In this document: piece by piece, positions 14,006 through 27,292 of the stretch | Layout: every line of letters begins with the position of its first letter | How positions within the stretch are numbered: the first letter of the stretch is position 1 | DNA from: Kudoa neothunni | Lineage: Eukaryota > Animalia > Cnidaria | NCBI GenBank assembly: GCA_964304625.1 | Contig: OZ199839.1 | Span: 4,265,292-4,329,291, forward strand | Length of the DNA stretch: 64,000 bases | Reading direction: 5' to 3' | Position numbers and translations under genes: made by a program | The notes under the pieces: generated by a model | Database searches by the model: none | Told to the model about the DNA's origin: nothing | Seen by the model: the letters and a program-made list of their open reading frames with translations, nothing else

Positions 14006-14469
14006 TTAAAATTTTTAGACATTCGCCATGACGTGAAGAATACGCATCGCAAGTACAAGGAAAACTGATTATTGTTTAATATTTTTTTATTTAATAAACT
14101 TAATAAATCAAATACAACTCCATAATCGTGCAGCTTGTTTTTAATTAAATCGCCCATATTACATTACACCCGAGATTTTGAGCGAATAAATTTAATATTT
14201 TTTGGTGTAGTAATTATTAAATTGGGCACTGAATCACATATTTAACCCAAACCAAAAATTAAAGTTAGCCATAATGGTGAAAAATATTTATTACAGGTAA
14301 AACTAGAATTTTTGTAATGGAACATGATATTAAAAGTGTTTAATTAACGCATTGCACAAATAATTTTTTGCAATATTTAAATATAACGATATCAAAGAAA
14401 AAGTTGAAAAAATTAATATTTTTCAGAGTAGAATATTTTAATAATGTGTTATGTTTCCTAGTACCTCCT

Positions 14470-17400
14470 TCAATATGAGCATATTATACATACTAAAAGA
14501 ATTATAACGTGAGACAAATTATTAGGTAAATACTCTGCAATTTTCCTTATTGAACATAGATACTGCTGAATATACTCCAAAGTATATAACGTAAGGGAAT
14601 ATGTATTTCCTCCAATAGATGTTCCACCGTCACAATCACACAAGGCTTTCATGTTGCTATCCCGAATCTGATCAACAATGGGAATATGTTAAAACACACA
14701 AAGAATAATGAGAAAAATTAATCTTTATTACATTTCTGCATTTGGTACACATGTGATCTTGTTGGAAATAGTTGCCTATGGTACTGTTAACATTTTTGAT
14801 GATGGCACTTTCAAGGAGAAGCTTATCGTAGGTTTTAAAACAAGTGGCACATTGGACATAGACTGTGCCGTCCTGTCGATTTGCGATCATTGGATCTCGT
14901 AACAGATCCAAATCATGACACGAATTGCAATTATTACAGAAAACCTGCTCCAAATTGAAGTTGTAAACATCCAGCAGACAACATTCGTCGAATGCGAATT
15001 CACTTATTTCTATTCGTTTCAGAAGTTTTCTTCTCACATCAAGCGCCGTCTCCTCAACACATTGATCAAGTTGTAGCACCTAAAATTAAAAAAGAATTTT
15101 CCATTCGACATTCCAAAAAAAGAGAAATTACGGCTGTGATTATTAGGATGAAGGCGAACGAAACGTTACTGAGATTTGCTTCTAATGAAGTGTGATGGTA
15201 GTAGAGATCGTTAATTATTTCAAACAACTGAACTGTTAACTCAGTTCTGAGAAAAGATGCTCGCTCTTCTATGTGAGTGCATAAAATAGTAGATGCAGCT
15301 TCATTGGGATTTGACTTAAATAATTTTTCCAACGATTTGCACGAAAAATCAATATAACTTCCAATAATAATCTAAACAACCAATCTAATAAATTTCGAGC
15401 AAATACCTAATTATCACGTTAATAGAATCGTGAGTTTCTCTCACGTCCTCCATTTTTTTACACATATCAAAGTTGATTTCAATCTAAGCGTTTAATAATT
15501 AAACGGACTAGTAAAAAAATCACTTTATAATCAGTAAGATGATAAGTTGAAGAAAGTGTATCATCGAAGGAGTTAAAACCTGATGAATTGTCCTTACCGC
15601 CAAAGAAACCATCGTGATATATCTCAGGGATAGAGCATTGTATTCCTCCGTGGTTGTACTAAAATCAAGTTAAACTGGGGTTAAATCTCAGTCGATTCCA
15701 AACTTTATCTTTCCATAAAAGATGTTTCCAAGCTTTAGTAGGAACAAGATTGATATGGCTCAACAAATTTTGAGACAATATGTATTTGATTACATAAGAA
15801 ATATTCATCCAGGCCTGTTGCTCGTCGAACTTGGTAGAGCTGATAACCATATGGTAGAAATCTGCGTGTACAATTCCACATTTGAGTTTTTTTAATTCAA
15901 CAAACAACTATGCAAACTCAAATAAGGTTTACATAACCAAAGAAATTACAATTTTTAAAAATTTGGCCATCAAATTGATAACTATTCGATGAACTCCTGG
16001 GTCGTAGAAGGCCGAGTCGGTGCTACAAATCCATCTATTCCAGAAAGTTAATCTCAATTCATTGGAATCATGTCGCAAAAACAAAGTCTATTTTTAGATT
16101 TACCTGTAAACATGAAGAAGTTGTTCATCCGCGACCACATTTTTGTGGTTATTAACATCTTTCATGTATTGGAACACAAGTTTCTGAAGTATTCTAATAT
16201 CGGAAAAATTTATTAGGAATCAATCAAAATATTTTTTGTATCACTTGAAAATGGGGGAAACATGCGGATGTTTCATCGTAAGAAGCAACTGACGAAATGG
16301 CTGATTTGTTATTGGTTAAAATATCACTTAATGCGATCTGACATTCATTTAATTAGCTACTATTCAATATAAAAAACATAATTTACAGAAGGAAGTGTAT
16401 CATATGAAACAGATTGGTTATAAGTTTCATTAATAGTACTAGCCTATGTGAAAACTCATTTAATGAAATTTCCAGAAGTTCCATCACCTGTAGAATGGAG
16501 GCGATAGCCAAACCCTCAAGTCTCAACTCAACACAAAGCGAACTATAATAATTAGGTTTATCAACAATGTGTTTATTGCCGATGGTATTTTGAAGGGACT
16601 CATTGTTGAATAGATCGAGTGAACGATGATTACCAAAATCTGGGTAAACTTTAGGTGAGTACCATAGGATGTGTTGTTGATCATTTAGTAGACGAGCGAA
16701 TTTTAGATCAAGAGCCAAAATGTTGATGTCTGAGCGATAAAAGTTACCAATTGGAATATCGAGATAATAGCTAGCTTTTTGGAGAGATTTTAGGTTTTCT
16801 TGGCGCAACAGTGCGTTGTGAAGTAATTTTTTAGTAATTTCTCGTTGCCAATCAATCGAATAGAAATCCGCTCTCAGATCTTCGGTGGTATATTGTGGAA
16901 ATTGGACAATAGTAAAACTTTTAAGTGCATTCATTTCCTCGTTCAAACTATCCTGAGTGTATACATTTGATTGCAAAAGAAGTATGAGTGGGTTAGTAAG
17001 TTGCTTTGTCGAAGTTTGACTTGAAGAGGTAACAGCACTCTTAGTCAACTCGGTAAAAATACGATTGCAATGTTTGTATAATTGATGGATATTATGGAAG
17101 TTTTTTATTGTGAATTCGTAATGCTCTTGTTTAACAAATTCGGCCATCTCATACTTGTTATCGTTTATGAGCATTGTATAAAGTTCGTCTCTAATTTTCT
17201 GGAAGTTTTCGTTTAGAAAATGATTCTGCAGTTGAACTTGATTTGTCAGAAGTAATATATGAGCCTACATGTGAATGGTCATGATAAATTTATTGCCACT
17301 GATTCATTCACACCTGATTAATAGCAAAAATCGCACATATACCAACTTTTTCCATACTAAATTGTACCCTCATAAAAAATCAAAACTCTATTGTTTACTG

Positions 17401-20400
17401 GATATAATTGCAAAAATAAACACATTGAGAGGGTTGGATGCTGAAATTCAATCTATCACTTATTGTAATATCTTTAGAGAATTTTTCTTTTGATTGAAAA
17501 TCGCACGGCTCAAGTGAGCTGAGTGAAATGATCGAATTCTCGTTCTAACAGACAATTAAAATCCTACCTACTACATATCACAATTACATGAATATTGCGG
17601 GAATTATGTCGTATACGAAACTGATTTCCAATTTTTAAAATCATTTGAAAATATGCAGGAGTCTTGATTTTAATTGTTAGTACACTCAAAGTAAACACAA
17701 CTGCTAATGTTTACTTGAAGCTCATAGATTCCCTCAACATCTTGCAAAGTAGATATCGATAACAACAAACTAAACAATAAAATCATATTTACAAAAATAT
17801 AAGATCGAGGTAGTCACTTGGAATTCATTTCAAATTCATCGTAGGACATCTCAATTTGGTAAAGATGTTCCGAGGGCTTACATCGTGGAAGCATTTTCTT
17901 CACTTTTCTACCATCTAAAATCAACCTCGTACAAAATTAATGAAAAATCGGTTAGACTACTAAAATGGTTGACGTTTGGCTCGCAGGTATAGTTAATGTA
18001 GAAAATTTTTGGGACATCGACCACATATTTTTTTATCATTCCACCTTTCAGCACTAACACATCAAATAGATTTTTAGAATTTTTCTGAGGTATAATTTTG
18101 ATTATTGGCCATTTCTTTTGGGTAAAAAATCTTGTGGATGTCAATGATGACGGTACATTAGTAGAAAGATGGTTTTGAGTGGTAAGTCTTTTTCTTATTT
18201 CTGCTTGATGCGTCCATTTAGCTTTGAGAAAGTGTACCCAGCTCGATACTTCCTTCTAATAATAATTAGACATTTAGTGAATAGTATAGCTAAACGTAAA
18301 ATTTTAATATTCCTTTAAATAAAAATGGCCAACGAAGAGCATTGTTTGAACAGCGGAAACAAAAAAATACCACCCATAGAGTGGTTTACATAAATTCTCA
18401 TAGCATTATTTAATTCAAATATCAAATACAACAAATTTATTAAAAATCGAAGATTACCTTGAAAACTGGAAACTTTGGATGATCGCCTAATTTTTCTCGC
18501 CAACTCAAGGGAGTTTTGGGTTCGGTGGTAACATTTTCTTTATTGCTGTTATCATTTGATGCGGATTTCAAAGTTGCTTTAGTGAAGTGATCAGTGATTT
18601 TAAATTGACGTACTGAACTTTGTTTGTTTAAAATTCTACGATGAAGCCAATCAGGATAGGGGCACCGTGGCACAGGATTACCAACCTAAAATGACCAAAT
18701 AGTTTAAAATTTGTCTCTGGATAATTTTTAGTATTCATAACATGTAGAATTTAATTCAGTGATAAAATCATATATTAACTCAATTTAAAAAAATTAATTG
18801 AATCCATAATCCTCTTAGAGATTAAGATATAATGGACATGGGTCACAAAAAACTATTTGTACTATATACACATAATTCATTCTCTCAAGAACATGAAATG
18901 AAAATTATCTCACGCTTTATGAAACAATTTTCCAACATAAAAATATCGTAAAATTATTTTATAAGAAATTATTCAGAAAGTAAAAAGTGGTAGAAATTTC
19001 GTTGAATTACTAAAGTTCTAATTTCCTAATTTTCGCACAAACCGTAGCCAATTTTTATATAAAATAACAATCCCCATATCACTGAATAAAAAATACAAAT
19101 TTTTCAATAAAAACTTCTTTATATTGTTTATATCAGAATAAAAATAAATTAAAATATACATAAAACTTATATTTGTTCATAAGAAATAATCGAAAAGGTA
19201 GGATTTATAATCCCGTTATAACTGAACGAATACCATAATTTTCATGAAATACCATTAATATTCATTTGACTTAATTCTAGATAAACCGCAAATGTAGGAA
19301 ACTACCGTCTCAATATATGAGTGAGCTTGTTTTTCAGAAGAGTATTACATAAAAATTACATCGAAAATAAAACATAAAATGATTTATCGTTGTGATAAAT
19401 TAAAATACTGAATCAACAACAAATTCCAACAATTAAAAAATCGTAAAATTAACACAAAAATTGGTGTTATTATTGAAGTGATAAGATTATTAGATTTTTA
19501 AAAGTTGGACAAATATTTGAGCTGTTTTAATGAATTTGTTATTTTAAAAAACAATTATTAATAATGAGATTTTCAAAATAAATTTTATTTTTAAAGTTTT
19601 TAAAGAAATTAGAAAGTATTCCTAAAAAAATATCAAGCAGATTTTCAAATAGAAATAGGGATTATTTGATAGTTGTTTCATTATTCGCATAATAGAATTA
19701 TTCTAAAGTACTTGGGCGATTAAAAAGTACTACTTTAAAATGTTATTTCAAAAAATATTGGGAGAGTTTTTGCATTAAACTTTGAATAATCTCTAGAACT
19801 TCCTATGTTAAAGTTACAACAGAGTTTTCGCTTCATATCTAGAAATTTGATTCAGGTCCGCTATAAAGCAAAGGGGTCGCACAGTTTAGAGCACTCGATA
19901 TACACTGATATAAACAAAAAATTAAGAAAAACAAATTCATAAGGTACAAATATTTTATAACAGTTTTAAAGAATTCAGAGAGAAATATTCTTTGATTATA
20001 TTTTAATAAAAATTATAACTTTATAAAAAATATATACAAATTGAAATTGATTATTAATGCAATCATTAATAAAAATTTTGAAGAATTTGTTTGATTTTTA
20101 ATATTACCGTGTTATTTTATTGTAATGCTAGAAAAAATGAAGAATCGCGTATAACATATTTAAAAATTAAGGGTAGTTCATAAAAATTTCTTCTTAACAA
20201 CTAGAGGTGCTAAACTTAATTGTCTACTAATGGGTTACGATGATATTTTTGTCGATATAAGCATAATTATAAAATTCTCAAACGAGCAAAACTTACACCC
20301 TGAAGAGCCGCCGGAATCACAATAATCTTTTGAACGGCGCTATTCAATCTTTCCACATAGTATTCCCAATCAAGCAACGATCTAATACTGAAATCGTCCA

Positions 20401-23400
20401 AATGAGGTTGTTTGGTCCATTTCTTGAGGTAGAGTTGTTGTGTTTGGAGGTTAGTTTGAAAGATGGCAACAGGCAAAGCTTTTTCTGTGACAAGTACATC
20501 ATTTGGAAACTTGCTGATGATGTATCGACAACAAAGACCCTTGTCTTGAATCATCTGTTCACCGAGGAATTCTGCCAACCGTTTAGCCGTGGTAATGGAA
20601 GTTGATTTTTGGGCACCATATTCACTCAATTTTTTACTTAATACTCGATTCTCCGACAACAACTCTATCAGCACTTCGTCTGGTAGATTTTTGCCTCTGC
20701 TGTGTAAAATATCTAACCAATAGTTGGCTATTTCAGCGACCTTGTTGTAACAGCTATGTAGGTCGTGGCCGGCGGCGAGAAAGTTTTTGAACAAACTGGT
20801 TTGGAAATTTTTGATTAATTCCAACTCGCCACGTCGTTTCATTTCAAAGCCTTTCAATTCGGTCAACTCATCGTCAAAATTAAATACCGCATAACGTTTC
20901 TTAAGTTTTTTGCCTTCTTCTTTGGCTGCTGGTAGAATCATAGCTTTGTAGGGCCCATCCACTTCAAAAAATATCGTGTTCACACTTTTCACTGCATACT
21001 TTCCACTGCCATCGGGCAAAACTTCGTTCAAACTATGATATTGTTGATTGGTGAACGATACGTGTAGCATGTGGTTAAGAATTGCACCCGGAAAGGAGAT
21101 CCTGATGATTTTATCGGCGGCGGTTCTAATGGACACCGTATCAGGGAACGATTTCGGTAGAACACACCAAATTCCATCGGTATCCAACTCTAATGGAGTT
21201 CCAATCCCTGAGATGATTTCTCTAGCTTTCTTGATAATTTGAGCTCCAATATAACATACTATACCAGCCATTTCCATGGAAAACCACCTTGAACCTCTTC
21301 GCATCACATAACCATAGAAAGAATTGAGAATACATTTATGAGCTAATTGAAGTGAGTCGTACAGAATGACCATATTTTTGCAGTATTGTTCATCGTGCTG
21401 AAGATTGTCAGATTTGGACATGTTGTTTTTCCACTTTTTGGTGAGCTCTTTGTATTCGTAACGTCTGTCACGAAATGCCATAACGGTGTCTACATAGAAT
21501 GAGTTTTCACATTGGCACACTGTGGACACACGCTCCTCTTCTCTCACAACATGGGCTTTACGATAGACTTTTTTCGAGTATTCCTTCACACGTTTTTTCA
21601 ATAATCGTGTTTGTTCCGATGCTGGCAAATGTGCATAAGCCACATCTTTTTGTCCATTCCACGGAAATTCTTCCACTTCTAGTTGTTGAGCTATGTGTTG
21701 GTATTCGCCATGAGTAGCTGAAAGATAGTCCCCACGCCATGTCCACTCTAGTCGACGTTGACACTTAGCACCAGGTTTGTTAAGGTCACAATTGGCACAG
21801 ATGGAATCGTTTACAATGGCCGAAGGTTGCAATCTGTTGGTAAGAATAATATTGGGATACATAGCCCCAACATCCAGATGATAGATTTGGGGATTCTCAG
21901 TGAGGAATTGCCCTGATTGTAACTGTTTCAATCTCGATTTTAACTCATTACAATAAGTATCAAATTCCGGCACCATTCCAATAGGTGTTTTATATTCCTT
22001 CTCAATGCAATGCTTAAGCACATCTGGCACTTGATCAATCATCTTCTGTATAACAACTGGATCCAGTCGAAAATGCATAGGAATATCGGCTCGAAAAACG
22101 CCCGATTCAAGTGCTTCAACGTGACCTCCCACATATGTTTCGCTTTCCAAAAGGTGGCCATCTGTGGTGAAGGTTTTTTGATTTTGATCGTTTTTGTTAG
22201 GGAAGATAATGTTGGCTTGAAAAGCCTGTACCATAAGTAACGCTTCACAAAGTGTACCAGAACCTTTTCGCAACACCTCATCTGGTTCCATAGGTATCAC
22301 TGTGCAAAGCGAAAAAATAAACGGATGCACATACTGATAATAAAGATAGTAGGTGGCAACCGAATCAGAAATCGAATAGCTTGCCAGCACTTGAGAATTT
22401 TCTAGAGCCATCTTCACCATCAATTCCGGGTCAAGTTCGATAGGATCGTAATGGAGTTTGGATCTGGAAACCGCCTTCAAACCTTGACTACCCACAGGAA
22501 GATAGCTGTCACGACGTACCCAATACAAACAATCCATATGGATAGCGTAACTACATTCGTACGCTTGCGATTTTTTGCTGTAATACACACCAATCTCTTT
22601 GTACATATTCAGCTGGTTGATTTTAGCTCTCGCTTCAATAAATGGCCAATCGAAATAATCTCCATTGTAGGTGACAAAAACATATGGCTTAGTGTGTTTG
22701 ATATGGTCAAAGAATCTAACCAATAGTGCCTTCTCATTTTCCACATTAAAAACAATAGTGCTGGTGGAGAACTCTTTTTTTGGAATATAATCAAAATTTT
22801 CAATATCTTCACTAACCACTTCTCGATTAACAATCAAATATCCCATATCGCCAATCATATACGAAATCATCATAATTTTATCAGTTAGCTGATCAGGGAA
22901 TTTGAGCGGGCATTTCGTAGTTTCAATATCAAACGTAAATATAACTATATTATCAGGTCGGTAAACAATCTCGCTGCATGGAGTGATGTGAACTGTTTTG
23001 TTGATAGTTTTCACAGAATACCAATTTCCCTAGATTTTAATATAGGTTTTTATCAACAGCTACTTAACACATATATTTAGTATAAAGAAATACCACATTA
23101 AACTTGTTGTCTATAGCTACTCGCACATGATAAGGTACATCGTATTCTCTGAAAATAATTATAAATCCCAATATGTGCCCTACAAACAAAAAACCCACCT
23201 AATATCAACAATGTTGTCCAAAGGATTGCTACTCTCCGCTTGAGTTAAATCAAGATCGATGTTTTTTTTATTTTTTTCAATAAAATGAAATATTTCCCTA
23301 AATTATAGTAAGAATAAACAAAGGAGCTTGACAGAAAAACTTTCGTATTTTTATCAAATCATTCACATTATTAAAGAGTAACTTCAGATAGTTCTGTTTT

Positions 23401-24093
23401 AAACCACTAAGATGGTTCATCTAAAAATTTTCCAAATTCTAAGTATTAAAACAATCATCTCAATCATACCAAATCTAAGTCCTCTTTACTACATATTATA
23501 ATTTCTTTGACAACTTTTCCGAATTTTTTAACAAGAAAACTTGTCAACTCTTGTTCTAATCCCTAAGATAAACTTAGTGTAATAGTATAATTTTTAATTT
23601 ATAACCTTTTTGGCGGAAACATAAAAATATGGCCGATATGGAAATGAGACCTACATTCAATTCCAACAAATTTTGTAACAAACAATCTCGAATACTTTGA
23701 ATGTAGTGTGAGTTTTATCATCCAAAAAATACAAATCAAGAGCAGAAATAATCCGATTATCTTCATCAATGGCTTCCGACTTAAATGGAAAATTGTTTTC
23801 AAAATAATTATGCAACCTAACTCACCGAATGAAAGTTTATCAACCATCCAATGCGAGAAACAACATCTTTGTAGTAGTTAAATCCAAACTTTTCATCAAT
23901 ATTCTGTTTATCTACTATCCTAATAGCAGATTGAACCAAGTCTGGCTTGATTGAGGCTTGTAATTCGTAAACTTGGGAATCACTTTAAATTAACAGGATA
24001 AATTATTAGAAGCATTCAGAAATCAACCAACTTTAAGTTATTTTCGTCGTTATTTGCATATATGGAAGGAAGTTCAGATTCAACATCGGACAT
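14470..24093 (-). CDS. POLE: DNA polymerase epsilon catalytic subunit A (multi-exon)
   Basis: Exonuclease motifs [16 protein letters not shown] and YSISD; polymerase motifs [20 protein letters not shown] and LELDTDGIW; [12 protein letters not shown]; C-terminal CysA (CNNC...CATC) and CysB (CTKC...CDC). ATG at 24093 (MSDVESEL); large exon 20297-23029; 1.6-kb intron 18686-20296. Confidence 0.97.
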
Positions 24094-24410
24094 CGCGAGG
24101 CAGACTACTAGCGGTTAAACCGTTGCGCGAACTTAATCTCCTTAATCCTAGTTTTATTTCCTATCAAATCCTTTTCATTTATATAATTTTCAACTTTATT
24201 TTGGTAAGTTGAAGTAAACCCAACAAATTAGGCTCATGTATAATTACTATATTTTCTAAGTTCATTTTCGATTATGATAATTTATACTCTTTAAATTATC
24301 GTTGAAATAAACGAGAAGTTGCTTTAGAAAAAAATTTTTGTTGAAATAATTTACTTTGTTCTCTTAACAAAAGATTTATATAGTTCTCGATACGGTGCAC
24401 CCCCGTGCGA

Positions 24411-24482
24411 TCTCCGTTCGTATAGAGGTGATTATACCCGCCTGTCACGCGGGTGACCTGGGTTCGATTCCCAGACGGAGAG
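24411..24482 (+). tRNA. tRNA-Asp (GTC)
   Basis: Acceptor stem TCTCCGT/ACGGAGA, anticodon arm CCCGC-CTGTCAC-GCGGG, T arm CTGGG-TTCGATT-CCCAG, discriminator G, downstream T-runs. Confidence 0.96.
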
Positions 24483-25943
24483 GTCCCAAGCTTTTGCAAA
24501 TTTTTTCCCACATAATTTTTTTCATTTTCTGTGTACACAACAAAATATAAACTTTCATATATACAATTTGTTCCTAAATTTCTTAAAATTACCTTTTAAA
24601 TGAATGAACATTGCTTTTTCTTCGTACCTCGCCTTCTGCCAATAAGAACCTAAAAATGTTTTTTAGAGATTTTTTACTTTTAAAAGCTTATATTATTTAA
24701 ATTTTGTATTTCTAAAAATATCAGGAAAATATTTCTTTTATGATGGTCGCATTCAATCCTGATTTTTTTCTGAAACATTGCGTTCTAATATTGTGACGCA
24801 ATAAATTACTTTTTGATCCATTCAGAATTGCTAATCATGTATTTTTAAGTTCTAATTTGTATAACTTAATCTATTCGTTTCAGTTTAAAATTAGTTTACA
24901 ACGAAAATTGTCATCATCCCTGATTTCTGTTTCTAACTCCGTTTTGTTTCCTATGTTCATTACCGACCAAATAATTATTAAGCTATGCATTTATTTTAAG
25001 GAAATATTTTTATCTAGTAAATATCAAGAATAAATGATAATTACCGTATTACCTCAATTGATTGGAAAATTTTGGAACTGTCATTAGTTTTTCTGTTGTT
25101 TATCCTAAGAACCTCATGGATGTTACAAGATGGGTGTACGTTCGATATCAACATTTTTTTTTCTAAAGCTTTAATTATTTATACATTTTATAGAAAATAT
25201 TCAATTTATTTCAAATGGATGTTTTTAGATTATAAAGTTTTATATTTATTTTAAAATCAACTTCTAGTAAACTAACAACAGTATCCCCTGATTTTAAAAT
25301 TTTTTTGTTTAAATGCATTGAGTTGGCATGTATATATACTATATCTCAAAGTATTTCCATTATTAGTTTTAGGGTGTTTTGTAATCTAAAATACTGCGAA
25401 ACCTTATGTTGCCATGTTGAAGTTGTTCATTTAAATTATGTTCAACAGCTTTCATTGGCATAATCATTCTTATCTAGCAAAAGACATTTTTATACTAAAT
25501 TTTTAGTACATTAATTAGAAATAATTTTTAAATTAATCAGGTACTTCCTATATTTATAGTTAGTTTTCGAATCTGGGATATTTTACTGTTTTTGTTAGTG
25601 AAAGTATTGTAAGTTACAATTAATAATTTAGGTTTTTTAAATATTTGGTTTTTAACATAAATTATTATTGAAATTTTGGAAGGATTTTAATGTCGAAAAT
25701 CTGGATGGGTTGATCATGAGGAGCTAGCGAGAGTCTTTAACCCAAGTCTTGAGATCATACAAAAAATTTGTGAGAAAAGTTTTAGTTATAAATTCTCTTT
25801 GTTCTAAAAAATAAAATTATAACAGCCTAAGCCGCAGCATATGCAATCTTAATTTCGTAGCTTTCACGAAAAGCAGATTTGGCCCCCATTGAAATAAATT
25901 TTCTCCCCCATAAATGACTATTTCAATTTACCACTACCTAATA

Positions 25944-26043
25944 CAGTCGAACTCCGTTTTTTCGAATTTCGGTTATCCGAAATTTTAGCTTCCGAGAAGA
26001 AAATACCAGACACCAAAATTTTCGGATAAACGAGGTTCGGCTG
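25944..26043. mobile_element. pogo/Tigger-like MITE (100 bp)
   Basis: TA|CAGTCGAACTCCGTT ... AACGAGGTTCGGCTG|TA; related ends at about 35127, 35340 and 36318. Confidence 0.75.
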
Positions 26044-27292
26044 TATTACGTTATTCCAAATATAGGATTAATTTGACCAATTTTAATTTCTTTAATTTCC
26101 ATGTTGAAGTATAAAATATATAATTTAGAACGAAAAAATATATTCTACCTTTTTTCTGAATATCTAGATAAATTTCCGGATTTATCAACGTTTCTAAAGT
26201 AAATATTCGATATAATCCAGAGTAATATTATTATGAAACATTTTTTTGAATATTCAAATGGGTGTATTTTATTTATTCGTTGCAAATAATCCAATTGACC
26301 AATTAACTGAGTTAGGAGAAATATGACATTTCGCGAGCGAATTAAACCAACTGCTTCTCAAATCAATGTTACATAAATTTCTTCTAGTAAGAAAAATCGA
26401 GATTCGTCGTTAAATATGAGAAAAATTTAATATATTTATATGACGATAATAAAATATCCAAATTCACTTTTACTGTACAGTTGATAGATTGCCAAAATTT
26501 CAATGAAAGGAAAATTACAACGACAGGAAATTAAAATATATCAAGAAGTAAAATAGTAAATAGCATTTTTGGACCAACTATTCAAACAAGAATATTGACG
26601 CTTAAAAATTATAGATATTGAAATATGAGATCAATATATATTGAGCAATAACCATAGTCTATTGTCAACAGTTTATTTCATCACCATTTAACCTGATTGG
26701 TTTCCTTCAAAAAACTATTAAAAATTACGTCGATTTAATAAAATGTTTAATAAATTATTGTAATTATAGAATGGGTTATGTTTTGTTACGATTTAAAGCA
26801 ATTTATATCGCTTACTACCATGTTATTGGGTATTGTTGTCATTTCATTAAACACACCTAATACGCGTAACAAATAAGGTGAATCTTAACTAATAAAAAAT
26901 CATAAAAAGCAGAGAAATGTTTGATTCGATTTGTTTTAAATCGTATAACGAATTTTCTCATGGATTCCGACAACAGTAAACAGGTTTTCCGCAATTGGCT
27001 CTCAAAAGTAATCCTCTAGATGCAGCCTTATCATGAAGCCGCCAAAAATGGAACAACTAAAAATAGACTTGAGTGGTCAAGTTAGATGATTGCTACCATT
27101 TGGCAATTAAGATGAATAGTTTTGCTAATTTAGACCATAATAACATGTCGAATAGTGTTATTGAAGTGATAAACGCCGCAATATATCGAGCGTATTATGC
27201 GCCGCTCTAATATTTAATTCATCGAGGTAACACCTTGATTGTCTGACCGGCTCACCCAGCTACCTACTATCGCCGATTGAATTAATCGATCA

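Noticed and set aside
20330-22833. Several ORFs overlapping POLE (antisense or alternate frame)
   Set aside because: Shadow ORFs of a long, relatively GC-rich exon; no motifs.
20267-23014. Possible mutator substitutions in POLE explaining fast evolution
   Set aside because: Proofreading D/E residues, positions equivalent to P286, V411, L424, S459 and D462, and the polymerase motifs are all intact.
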